DNA from: an uncultured Solirubrobacteraceae bacterium
GTDB taxonomy: Bacteria > Actinomycetota > Thermoleophilia > Solirubrobacterales > Solirubrobacteraceae
NCBI GenBank assembly: GCA_964588985.1
Contig: CAZPQW010000015.1
Location: 1-64,000 of the forward strand
Length of the DNA stretch: 64,000 bases
Direction: 5' to 3'
The translations under genes and the position numbers were made by a program. The notes under the pieces were generated by a model. That model searched no databases and was not told where the DNA came from. It saw nothing but the letters and a program-made list of their open reading frames with translations. Within the stretch, counting starts at the first letter, position 1; the number at the start of each line of letters is the position of its first letter. Below are positions 19,907 through 28,161 of the stretch, piece by piece.

Positions 19907-20965
19907 GTGCCTGTGGACCCCGACTTCTGGATGCGACGGCGGGTGCTGGTGACCGGCCACACGGGCTTCAAGGGCGCGTGGGTGACGCTTTGGCTGCAAT
20001 CGCTCGGCGCGGACGTCACCGGTCTGTCGCGTGGAGCGACGCGTGGTCCGTCGTTTTACGAGCTCGCGAACGTGGGCGCGGAGATGCGCGAGCTCGCGGC
20101 CGACGTGCGCGATGCGGCCGCTGTGCGAGAGGCGGTGGCCGAGGCGGCGCCGGAGGTCGTGCTGCATCTCGCCGCGCAGCCGCTCGTGAGGCGCTCGCTG
20201 CGCGACCCGGTGCTCACCTACGAGATCAACCTGATGGGCACGGTGAACGTGCTCGACGCGATCCGCGAGGCGGGCTCCGAGGTGCGCGCCGTGGTGGTCG
20301 TCACGTCGGACAAGTGCTACGAGAACCCGCTCGACGGCCCGAGGCGCTTCGTCGAGGGGGATCCGCTGGGCGGCGACGATCCGTACTCGAGCTCGAAGGC
20401 GTGCGCGGAGCTCGCGGCTTCGGCGTACCGAAGGTCGTTCTTCTCGGCGGAGGGCTCGCCGCGGGTGGCCACGGCGCGGGCCGGCAATGTGATCGGCGGC
20501 GGGGACTGGGGCGAGGACAGGCTGATCGCCGACGCGGTGCGCGCGGTCGAGCGCGACGAGATCCTCAGCGTCAGAAACCCGCACGCGGTGCGCCCGTGGC
20601 AGCACGTGCTAAATCCTCTGGCGGGGTACCTCATGCTGGCGCAGGCGCTGTGGACGAGCGCGGACGCGGCACGCGAATGGAACTTCGGCCCTCCCGCCGA
20701 GGACGCTCGCACCGTGAGCTGGATGTTGGAGCGGCTGGGAGAGCTGTGGGACGGAGCGCTGCGTTGGGATCTCGACGAGGGAGTCAACCCGCCCGAGGCG
20801 GCGTACCTGGCGCTCGACTCGGGCGCGGCGCGGCGCGAGCTCGACTGGCGACCCGGATGGGACCTGGAGGAAGCGCTCGGCCTCGTGGTGGAGTGGCACC
20901 GCGCTCAGCGCGCCGGCGGGGACATGCGCGCCGTCAGTCTCGCGCAGATCGCCCGCTTCGCTTAG
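19907..20965 (+). CDS. rfbG: CDP-glucose 4,6-dehydratase
   Basis: FW..RRVLVTGHTGFKGAW, HLAAQPLVR, VTSDKCYEN, GGDDPYSSSKAC, ARAGNVIGGGDW, RPWQHVL. Confidence 0.95.
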   Translation: MPVDPDFWMRRRVLVTGHTGFKGAWVTLWLQSLGADVTGLSRGATRGPSFYELANVGAEMRELAADVRDAAAVREAVAEAAPEVVLHLAAQPLVRRSLRDPVLTYEINLMGTVNVLDAIREAGSEVRAVVVVTSDKCYENPLDGPRRFVEGDPLGGDDPYSSSKACAELAASAYRRSFFSAEGSPRVATARAGNVIGGGDWGEDRLIADAVRAVERDEILSVRNPHAVRPWQHVLNPLAGYLMLAQALWTSADAAREWNFGPPAEDARTVSWMLERLGELWDGALRWDLDEGVNPPEAAYLALDSGAARRELDWRPGWDLEEALGLVVEWHRAQRAGGDMRAVSLAQIARFA

Positions 20966-21064
20966 CTGACCGCGGCTCGGGTCGTACGGACGGATGGAAA
21001 CGCTCGCGGGCGCGTGAAAACTCCGGAGTGCCCGATTTGCAGGGCTATTCGATGCGACCAGCTA

Positions 21065-21092
21065 GCAGGATTCGCCAAACTCGCAGGATTCG
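21065..21092 (+). repeat. Direct repeat GCAGGATTCG x2 (18-bp period), upstream of the sigma factor gene
   Basis: gcaggattcg-ccaaactc-gcaggattcg immediately before the TAAGCT -10-like hexamer and ATG 21107; degenerate copy gcagggctattcg near 21039. Confidence 0.55.
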
Positions 21093-21106
21093 TAAGCTCC
21101 CGGCGC

Positions 21107-22498
21107 ATGAGTCCACTGACCGTGCGTCGCTTCCGCGCCGAACGACTCCTGCGCGGCGAGTTCGAGGCGCTGCGAGGACGGGTGCTCGCGGCTGTGCGCG
21201 CGCGCCTGAAGGGCAGCGGCGTGACGCTCGACCGGAGTGATCTCGAGGCGTGTTACGCGACGGCGTGGCAGGGGCTGTACGCGGCGGTGCTCGACGGCCA
21301 GGAGATCGACAATCCCGCGGGCTGGCTGGTGCTGGTGACGTTCCGCCGCGCGATCGAGGAGCACCGCGCGCGGCGGCGCGTTCATCGCGGAGGGGATCTC
21401 CAGCCGCTCGACGCGTGTGCGCCGCTCGAGGGCACGGAGGTGGAGCTAGAGGGCGCGCACGAGCCCGACATGGCGGCGGAGCTCGACGATCGCGCGACGC
21501 TGCGTCAGCTGTTCGAGGGCATGCGCGGGCGTCTGAGCGCACGTGAGCGAGAGGCGGCCGTGCTGTGCTATCTGCAGGGCCTCACGCGCGCGCAGGCGGC
21601 CGAGCGGATGGGGGTGAGCGAGGCGCGGATGCGCAAGCTGATGGAGGGCGCGGGGGTCGGCAGGCCCGGCGTTGCGGGCAAGGTGGGCGCTCTCGTCGAG
21701 ACGATCCGCGACGGCGGTTGGTGCGAGGAGCAGGGATCGCTCATGCGTGCGCTCGCGTACGGGATCCTCGACCCCGATGGCGAGCGCTACCAGCTCGCGC
21801 TCATGCATCGCAGCGAGTGTCCGTCCTGTCGCGTGTACGTGACCTCGCTCCGCGGCCTGGCCGCGACGCTGCCGCCGGTGTTCCTGCCGTATGGGATCGG
21901 GGCCGCGGCGCTCGCGCGGGTGGGGGGCGGTACTCACGCGAGCTCTGCGGCTGGGGCGGCGGGCGGCGGGGCGAGTGCCGGCGCGCTGTCCGCGTCGGGT
22001 GCTGCTGGAGCTGGGGCGGGGGCGGGCGGCATGGCCGGAGGGGGCTGGCTGTTCGCGGGCGCCGGCAAGCTCGCGGCAGGCTGCGTGCTCGCGCTGAGCG
22101 TCGGCGCGGGGTGTGTGGTGTTGGGTGTCGGCGGGCAGCATCCGCATGCGCCGCGCCACCGCGTTGCACGCGCCGCCGCCGCGCCGCACCGCTCCGTGCT
22201 CGGGATCGGCGCTGGCGCTCTCGCCGCGAGTGAATCCGACTCAGCTCACGCTCACTCGGCCACCGCGGCGCTCACGCCCGCGGGCAAGGCCAGCCGCGAG
22301 TTTGGTCCTGAGCAGACGCTGGCCGCGGGAGCGCAGCGATCCATAGCGAGTGCGCCGCCGACCACACCGGCGGCTCGGGCGGCGTCGTCGAACTCTGCGA
22401 GTGAAGCAACAGTCGGGGCCTCCGCGGCTCGTGGCGCGCACTCTTCGCAGCCGGCAGGTGGCGCATCAGCCGCCGAACGCGAGTTCTCTCCCGGTTAA
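21107..22498 (+). CDS. ECF sigma-70 factor fused to a zinc-binding anti-sigma (HxxxCxxC) domain, TM helix and low-complexity tail
   Basis: Region 2 GWLVLVTFRRAIEEHR; region 4 LSARERE..VL.Y..GLT..QAAERMGVS; C..HRSECPSCR; TM LAAGCVLALSVGAGCVVLGV. Confidence 0.85.
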   Translation: MSPLTVRRFRAERLLRGEFEALRGRVLAAVRARLKGSGVTLDRSDLEACYATAWQGLYAAVLDGQEIDNPAGWLVLVTFRRAIEEHRARRRVHRGGDLQPLDACAPLEGTEVELEGAHEPDMAAELDDRATLRQLFEGMRGRLSAREREAAVLCYLQGLTRAQAAERMGVSEARMRKLMEGAGVGRPGVAGKVGALVETIRDGGWCEEQGSLMRALAYGILDPDGERYQLALMHRSECPSCRVYVTSLRGLAATLPPVFLPYGIGAAALARVGGGTHASSAAGAAGGGASAGALSASGAAGAGAGAGGMAGGGWLFAGAGKLAAGCVLALSVGAGCVVLGVGGQHPHAPRHRVARAAAAPHRSVLGIGAGALAASESDSAHAHSATAALTPAGKASREFGPEQTLAAGAQRSIASAPPTTPAARAASSNSASEATVGASAARGAHSSQPAGGASAAEREFSPG

Positions 22499-22572
22499 CC
22501 CCGGGTGCTCGAGAAGCTGCCCGCCAACGAACGAACCATTTCATCCTAAGTGGCTCCTACCGTTGCGTGCCA

Positions 22573-23043
22573 ATGCGAACTCTGGAGGACATCACCTACG
22601 AGGCAGGTCGATCCGCCCTCGCTGATCAGGAGGGGATCGTCACCGGGATACGGCAACGCACCGGAACGCTTCTCGCGGCACATGCGCTGGTGGCGTCTTT
22701 CTTGGGCGCTACTGCCGTGCGGGCACGGGGTTTGCACACCGTAGGCTGGCTCGCGCTTACCGCGCTAACTCTTGGATTGGTCGTCGCAGCGATCCTGCTC
22801 GCGCCGTGGCAGTTGAGATTCGCTGTCGACGCCTCCGAGCTCTATGACCATCTATATGAGCAAGCGGTGTCCGAAGCTTCCGCTGACACCCTTGGCTGGC
22901 TTGCGGCGGCTGGCTATGGCTATCAGAACCTTCGTGAGGAGAACGCGTTCAAGGTGCGGTGCATCTCGTGGCTGTCGGGTGCGCTGGGCGTACTCATGGT
23001 TATCCAGACGTTGGCGTGGTTGGCGGCGCTGACGGTAGAATGA
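22573..23043 (+). CDS. Small multi-TM hypothetical protein (resembles Pycsar-effector-like topology), lower GC
   Basis: Helical N-terminus, hydrophobic segments (GTLLAAHALVASFLG; WLALTALTLGLVVAAILLAPW; WLSGALGVLMVIQTLAWLAAL); many A/T-ending codons. Confidence 0.65.
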   Translation: MRTLEDITYEAGRSALADQEGIVTGIRQRTGTLLAAHALVASFLGATAVRARGLHTVGWLALTALTLGLVVAAILLAPWQLRFAVDASELYDHLYEQAVSEASADTLGWLAAAGYGYQNLREENAFKVRCISWLSGALGVLMVIQTLAWLAALTVE

Positions 23044-23047
23044 GCGC

Positions 23048-23200
23048 ATGGCACCGAAGCCGCTACCACCTGACCAGATCAAGGCCCCTCCTACGACGAT
23101 AGGCATCTACGAGGGACACGGTGGTGCATTGCCACGGCCTGTCCCGCGACCCGGCGGAAGCGGCAACCGACACTCGCACGGATCGGCGCAAGTTCAGTAG
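23048..23200 (+). CDS. Unannotated 50-aa Pro/Gly-rich peptide
   Basis: MAPKPLPPDQIKAPPTTIGIYEGHGGALPRPVPRPGGSGNRHSHGSAQVQ*; TAGAAT 6 nt before the ATG (leaderless geometry). Confidence 0.5.
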   Translation: MAPKPLPPDQIKAPPTTIGIYEGHGGALPRPVPRPGGSGNRHSHGSAQVQ

Positions 23201-23221
23201 TCGTGTCCGTGATCGGCGCGG

Positions 23222-24541
23222 TCAACCCCGCGGAAACACCTTCCCCAGCCGACCGAGCGCGAGCGGGTTGCCGCGGGGGCGCAGACGGCCGGTGGCGACG
23301 GCGCGCAGCGGGTCCAGGCGCTCGCCGATGATGTCGACCCAGTCCTGGTAGGAGAGCCGCAGGCGCAGGTCGGGGTTCGACGCCTCGCCCTGCTCGACGG
23401 TGGACGAGCCGTTGTTCACCGTCATGTGCCACGTGGGGACGTCGGGGTCGGTGAACTCCCACTGGAACGTCGTCGGCCGCTTGAGGCCGTGGTTCGGGTT
23501 GACCTGCCGGCGGATCGTGTCGAACAGCAGCGCGATCGTCTCGGGGTCGCGCGAGGAGGGGCCTTCGCGCACGCCGATCACGCCGGCTTTCGCGAGCGCG
23601 CGGCCGCGCTGTGAGACCTCGAGCGGCGAGAGGCCCGGTGGCAGCAGCGCCGGCCCCGGAAGCGACTCGATCGCGAGGCCGGCAGAGCGCAGCTTGGTGC
23701 TCATCGACGTGAGGCCCTCCACGCCGACCTTGTCGAAGGTGTAGTTGAACACCGTCAAGTAGCTTTCGTCCCAGCCCGGGGGCATCAGCACCTGGGAGGT
23801 GTAGCGGGTGACCTCGCGCAGTGTGCGAGCGACCGCCTTGGGCACGCCCTTGGGGTCTTCGCGGTTGAGGTCCGACAGGAGCTTCACGCCGAAGCCGATG
23901 TGGCGCTGCTCGTCGGCGGCGATGTTCGCCATCCCCTCGCGGAACGCCGGCAGCTGGTCACGTTCCTCGAGGTAGCTGCAGATGAAGTGCTGGCCGGGCT
24001 GGGCGAGCGCCGCCTCGATCACGATGTGGTAGAGCGTCACCGCCGCGGCGAGCTGCGCGGGGGAGCGGTCGGCTCGCAGCTCGTCGGCCATCGTGTCGAG
24101 CCGGTCGAAGATCTTGCGGAAGCCGACCGTCAGCTGCGGCTTGATCGCGCTCAGGCCGCTCGCCATCGAGCCGTCGCCGATGCCGCACACCTCCTGCATG
24201 AAGCGCTTGAAGAACACCGCGTGGCGCGCCTCGTCGACCTGCTGGGTGGTGAGGAAGTACTTCTGCTCCTCGCGCGGTGCCGCGTCGATGTAAGGGGAGA
24301 GGTTGTCCGCGACCGCGTCCTCGCCCCAGAAGAACAGGCAGTAGTTCCACAGCGCCGCCTGGCGCTCGAACTCGGTGAAGTCCTCGCGCCACTGGCGCGC
24401 GTCCTCGGTGAAGTCCAGCTCCATCGCCGACCAGTTGCCGCGCTCCCAGCGCGCGTACAGATCCTCGTAGGAGATCGCGTCCGCCGGGAGGCTGGCCACA
24501 TTCGACGCGTCAGTGGACGTGGGTGATGTTGCGCTCGCCAT
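23222..24541 (-). CDS. R2-like (R2lox-type) ferritin-like dimetal protein fused to a C-terminal SCP2 lipid-binding domain
   Basis: GEDAV, DEARH, YHIVIE, DEQRHI dimetal ligands; C-terminal FQWEF...W...V.NG...G....PDL.L......W....G.LDP..A...GRLR..GN SCP2 pattern. Confidence 0.85.
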   Translation of the reverse strand: MASATSPTSTDASNVASLPADAISYEDLYARWERGNWSAMELDFTEDARQWREDFTEFERQAALWNYCLFFWGEDAVADNLSPYIDAAPREEQKYFLTTQQVDEARHAVFFKRFMQEVCGIGDGSMASGLSAIKPQLTVGFRKIFDRLDTMADELRADRSPAQLAAAVTLYHIVIEAALAQPGQHFICSYLEERDQLPAFREGMANIAADEQRHIGFGVKLLSDLNREDPKGVPKAVARTLREVTRYTSQVLMPPGWDESYLTVFNYTFDKVGVEGLTSMSTKLRSAGLAIESLPGPALLPPGLSPLEVSQRGRALAKAGVIGVREGPSSRDPETIALLFDTIRRQVNPNHGLKRPTTFQWEFTDPDVPTWHMTVNNGSSTVEQGEASNPDLRLRLSYQDWVDIIGERLDPLRAVATGRLRPRGNPLALGRLGKVFPRG

Positions 24542-24597
24542 CGGGTCGCTCCTATCGCTGATCCAGCTGCCATCCGGCTGCTCGAATTGGATAACGA

Positions 24598-24634
24598 ACG
24601 CTATCGAAATAGCGAGCGCTCTGTCAAGTAATAT
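24598..24634. promoter_or_regulatory. Divergent promoters with an overlapping palindromic operator (probable TetR site)
   Basis: Minus strand TTGACA-N18-TAGCGT towards the R2-like gene; plus strand TAATAT 8 nt before the tetR ATG; inverted repeat CGCTAT-cgaa-ATAGCG at 24599-24614. Confidence 0.65.
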
Positions 24635-24642
24635 CCCCGGAC

Positions 24643-25278
24643 ATGGAGGCGACGCGCATGACCCGCGAGCAGAGCCGCGCGAACACGCGCGAGCGGCTGC
24701 TCGCCGCCGCCCGCGGCGCCTTCGCGCGCAGCGGCTTCCACGGCGCTTCCGTCGACGAGATCGCCTCCGAGGCCGGGTTCTCCACCGGCGCGCTGTACTC
24801 GAACTTCGACGGCAAGGAGGATCTCTTCCTCGTGTTGATGGAGCGCGAGATCGAAGAGCACGCGCGTGAGATCGCGGAGGCGGTGGGGGCGCGGGACTCG
24901 ATGGCCGAGAAGGCCACCGGCGGCGCGCGCCAGTGGATGACGATGATCGACCGCGAGCCGGAGCTGCTGCTGCTGTTCATGGAGTTCTGGGCCTACGGCG
25001 TGCGCGACCCGCGGATGCGCCCGAAGGTGGCCGCGCGCTTCGCGCAGATGCGCCAGGTGATCACCAAGCTGATCGCCGACGGCGTGCGCGAGTTCGACCT
25101 CGAGCTGGACATCCCCGCCGAGCAGCTCGCGCTGGTGATCGACGCGCTCGCCGACGGCATCGCACGCCAGAAGCTGGCGGACCCGGACGCGGTGCCCGAC
25201 GACCTGATGGGCAAGGTGCTCGCGCTGCTGCTCTCCGCCGCCAGCCGGCCGGTGGGCGGCCCCGCCGCGCAGGCGTAG
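24643..25278 (+). CDS. TetR/AcrR family transcriptional regulator
   Basis: TRERLLAAARGAFARSGFHGASVDEIASEAGFSTGALYSNFDGKEDLF HTH. Confidence 0.95.
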   Translation: MEATRMTREQSRANTRERLLAAARGAFARSGFHGASVDEIASEAGFSTGALYSNFDGKEDLFLVLMEREIEEHAREIAEAVGARDSMAEKATGGARQWMTMIDREPELLLLFMEFWAYGVRDPRMRPKVAARFAQMRQVITKLIADGVREFDLELDIPAEQLALVIDALADGIARQKLADPDAVPDDLMGKVLALLLSAASRPVGGPAAQA

Positions 25279-25364
25279 CGACCGCGACATACGAGCACAG
25301 GGCGCGGGCGCCCGCCGGACCTCCGCGAGCGGGGTCCTCCACAACGGCGATTATTGTGGTCGCG

Positions 25365-27380
25365 ATGACGGGCAAGCTCACGGCGCCGCTGCGCGAGGCG
25401 CCCGCGACGGTGCTGGCGCTCGTCGCGCTGGCGCTCTTCGTCGCCTGGGCGAGCGACCAGGCGGGCTACCCCGTCACCCACTGGGCTCCCGGCGCGTTGA
25501 TCGTGCTGGCGCTGCTGTGCATCGCGCTCGCGGTCGTCCGCCTGCGCCCCGCCGAGGTGCCCACATCCGTGCGGATCGCGCTCTTCGCGCTCGCCGCCTA
25601 CACCGCCTTCAGCTACCTGTCGATCCTCTGGGCGGGCGTGCGGGGCGACGCGTGGGAAGGGGCCAACCGCACGCTGCTCTACCTCGCGGTGTTCGCGCTG
25701 TTCGCCTGCTGGCGCCAGCGCGCCGTCACCGCGGCGCTGCTGCTCGTCCTGTGGGTCGTGGCGATGATCGTGCTGGCGGCCGTGACCGCGCTGCACGTCG
25801 ACGCGGCAGGTGGCGCGGGCCTCCAGAGCATGGTTCCGGGCGGGCGCCTGGACTACCCCAGCGGCTATCCCAACGCCAACGCAGCGCAGTGCCTGATGGC
25901 GTTCTGGCCGGCGCTGCTGCTCGCGCGCGCCGAGCGCCTGCCGTGGGCGCTGCGCGGGCTGCTCGCGGGCGGCGCCGTGCTGCTCGCGGAGGTGGCGCTG
26001 CTCAGCCAGAGTCGAGGGTCGCTGTATGCGACGCCGGTGATGGTCGTGCTGGTGTTCGCGCTGCTTCCCGGCCGCGTCCGCACGTTCGCGCTCCTCGTGC
26101 CCGTCGCCGCGGGGGTCGGCGCGGTCGCCCCGATCGTGCTCAGGGTCGGAGACCGGTTGCAGAACGGCAACGCGACGCACGCGACGGTGCACAGCGCGAC
26201 CGTCGCCATGTTCGTCGCATCCGTGGCGGTCGCCCTGATCGTCGCCGTCGGAGCCGCGGTCGAGTCGCGGCTTGCCGCCGAAGGTCTCCGTCGGCGGCTG
26301 GGACGGGTCGTCGCGGGTCTCGCGATCGCCGCGCTGGTGGCGTGTGTCGCCGGGGGGCTCGCGGTGGCCGGAAACCCGGTCACGAGGATCGAAAGCGCAT
26401 GGCACAGCTTCAAGGGCGGCTATGGGGAGAGCGCCTCGAACACCAGCCGGCTGGCGAGCGGGCTGGGCAGCAACCGCTACGACTTCTACCGCGTTGCGCT
26501 CGACGAGTTCCTCGCCCATCCGATCGCGGGCATCGGCGTGGACAACTTCCAGCAGCAGTACCTGCTGCACGGACGCTCCACCGAGACCCCGCGCTACCCG
26601 CACAGCGTCGAGCTGCGCACGCTCGCCGAGACAGGCCTGATCGGTTCGCTGCTGGCGCTCCTCGGTCTCGCCGGCGCGCTCTTCGCCGTTTCGCGCGCCG
26701 TTCGCGGCCCGGATCCGCTCGCCCGCTCGGCAGCGGCGGCGGCCGCCGCCGGCTTCGCGTACTGGGCTGTGCAGGGTTCCTTCGATTGGTTCTGGGAGTT
26801 CGCGGGCCTCGGCGCGCCAGCCTTCGCTCTGCTCGGCCTCGGCTGTGCGCTCGCGCCCGCGAGCCGCGCAACGATCTCCCCTCCCATAAAAAACCCTGCT
26901 TTCAGGCGCGTTGGATTCGCCATGGGCGCGCTTTGCGTACTCGCGGCGACGATCTCGCTGGCGGCGCCGTGGCTCAGCCAGCTGCAGATCCAGAGCGCGG
27001 CGCGCGTCTGGACGAAAGCGCCGACGACGGCCTACAGGCGCCTCGAAGATTCCGCAAGTCTGAATCCGCTCGGCGACCAGGCTTATCTGGTGGCTGGAGA
27101 CATTGCGCTCAGATTCGGCGACCTCGCGCGCGCTGAACGCGAGTTCTCGCTCGCGCTGGAGCGGAGCCCCGGCGACGCCTACGCGACGCTCGAGCGGGGG
27201 GCGATCGCGTCGAGCAGAGGCGAGCGCAACACGGCAACGGCACTGCTGGAGCGCGCTGTGCGACTGAGTCCGCGCGACGCGCTCGCGCGTGAAGCGCTGA
27301 GTGTGGTGCGCGAAGGGCATCGGGTGGATGTCGCGGAGCTCAACCGCGAGATCCTCCTCAAAGCTCAGCAATTCGCCTGA
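25365..27380 (+). CDS. O-antigen ligase family membrane protein with C-terminal TPR-like region
   Basis: GRLDYPSGYPNA, SQSRGS, NRYDFYRVALDEF.AHPIAGIG, PHSVELRTLAETGLIG, SFDWFW; TPR pattern ALERSP.D, AVRLSPRD; TATTGT 7 nt before ATG. Confidence 0.87.
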   Translation: MTGKLTAPLREAPATVLALVALALFVAWASDQAGYPVTHWAPGALIVLALLCIALAVVRLRPAEVPTSVRIALFALAAYTAFSYLSILWAGVRGDAWEGANRTLLYLAVFALFACWRQRAVTAALLLVLWVVAMIVLAAVTALHVDAAGGAGLQSMVPGGRLDYPSGYPNANAAQCLMAFWPALLLARAERLPWALRGLLAGGAVLLAEVALLSQSRGSLYATPVMVVLVFALLPGRVRTFALLVPVAAGVGAVAPIVLRVGDRLQNGNATHATVHSATVAMFVASVAVALIVAVGAAVESRLAAEGLRRRLGRVVAGLAIAALVACVAGGLAVAGNPVTRIESAWHSFKGGYGESASNTSRLASGLGSNRYDFYRVALDEFLAHPIAGIGVDNFQQQYLLHGRSTETPRYPHSVELRTLAETGLIGSLLALLGLAGALFAVSRAVRGPDPLARSAAAAAAAGFAYWAVQGSFDWFWEFAGLGAPAFALLGLGCALAPASRATISPPIKNPAFRRVGFAMGALCVLAATISLAAPWLSQLQIQSAARVWTKAPTTAYRRLEDSASLNPLGDQAYLVAGDIALRFGDLARAEREFSLALERSPGDAYATLERGAIASSRGERNTATALLERAVRLSPRDALAREALSVVREGHRVDVAELNREILLKAQQFA

Positions 27381-27597
27381 GCTGTTGAAGATTTTCCCAA
27401 GGATCGAGCCATGCACGCCTGGTAATGGCTACGGACCTTCGGTAGCGTGTGACTGAGCGCTCGTCGATTCGTTGACCACAGTGCGCGGCCACTCAAGTGG
27501 CTCTGCGATCGAGAGTGGCCCAGCGGCGACGAGCGGATGGCAAGGACATCGAGCGCAGTCGGCTCTGGCCACAGTTAGGAACCCAAGGCAGGGACGC

Positions 27598-28116
27598 ATG
27601 ACAAAGCACCAGCACCTCTACACGACGACCTTCACGCTGCTGGCGCTCGCCCTGTGGGCGCCCACCGCCGCTTGTGCCACCTCCGGCTCGCTGCTGAGTG
27701 GTTACGGCGGCCCCGGTCAGGGCAGTCAGGCGATCCTCGGCTCCGCCCTGCTGAACGGTCCCTCCGGCGGTTCCCCCGGCTCGGGATCCGCCACCACGAC
27801 GACCGCCGCGATGAGCGGCGGCGCCTCGAGCCTGGCTCAACCGGGCCGATCGCCCAGCCGCAGCAACGCCTCGCGCACGTCGCGCGCAAGCGGCGCCACC
27901 ACCGGCCGACGCGCAAAGTCATCCACGGGCGGATCGAGCGCGTACCCCGTTCGAGATGAAGCGTCCAGCTCCACGGCGCCCGTGGAGGGCTCCACCGTGG
28001 GGCTCTCCGGCGCCGACCTCGCGTACCTGGTGCTCGCGCTCGTCGCGCTCGCGGCGACGGCCATGCTCACCAGGGGTCTCGCGAGCGGCGGACGCGGCGG
28101 CAACGCACATGGCTAA
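27598..28116 (+). CDS. Small secreted Ser/Thr/Gly-rich membrane-anchored protein
   Basis: Signal peptide (TLLALALWAPTAACA); LLSGYGGPGQG; S/T-rich linker; C-terminal GLSGADL + TM helix. Confidence 0.7.
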   Translation: MTKHQHLYTTTFTLLALALWAPTAACATSGSLLSGYGGPGQGSQAILGSALLNGPSGGSPGSGSATTTTAAMSGGASSLAQPGRSPSRSNASRTSRASGATTGRRAKSSTGGSSAYPVRDEASSSTAPVEGSTVGLSGADLAYLVLALVALAATAMLTRGLASGGRGGNAHG

Positions 28117-28161
28117 AGGGATGCGACGCAGGGCCCGAGAAGACAAGTAGGCGAGTTTTTA

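Noticed and set aside
23222-24541. Ribonucleotide reductase small subunit (nrdB/nrdF)
   Set aside because: No large subunit nearby; R2lox-like sequence, SCP2 fusion and TetR control argue against it
24933-25364. Apparent long N-terminal extensions (also on ORFs 6290-8341, 16706-18460, 19091-20965, 37993-40344, 39930-42074, 53616-55457)
   Set aside because: They overlap neighbouring real genes; starts were reassigned where family motifs begin
24993-27416. 807-aa minus-strand ORF and the many similar Arg/Ala/Pro-rich ORFs in the track
   Set aside because: Stop-poor alternative frames typical of very high GC DNA; they overlap well-supported genes and have no motifs
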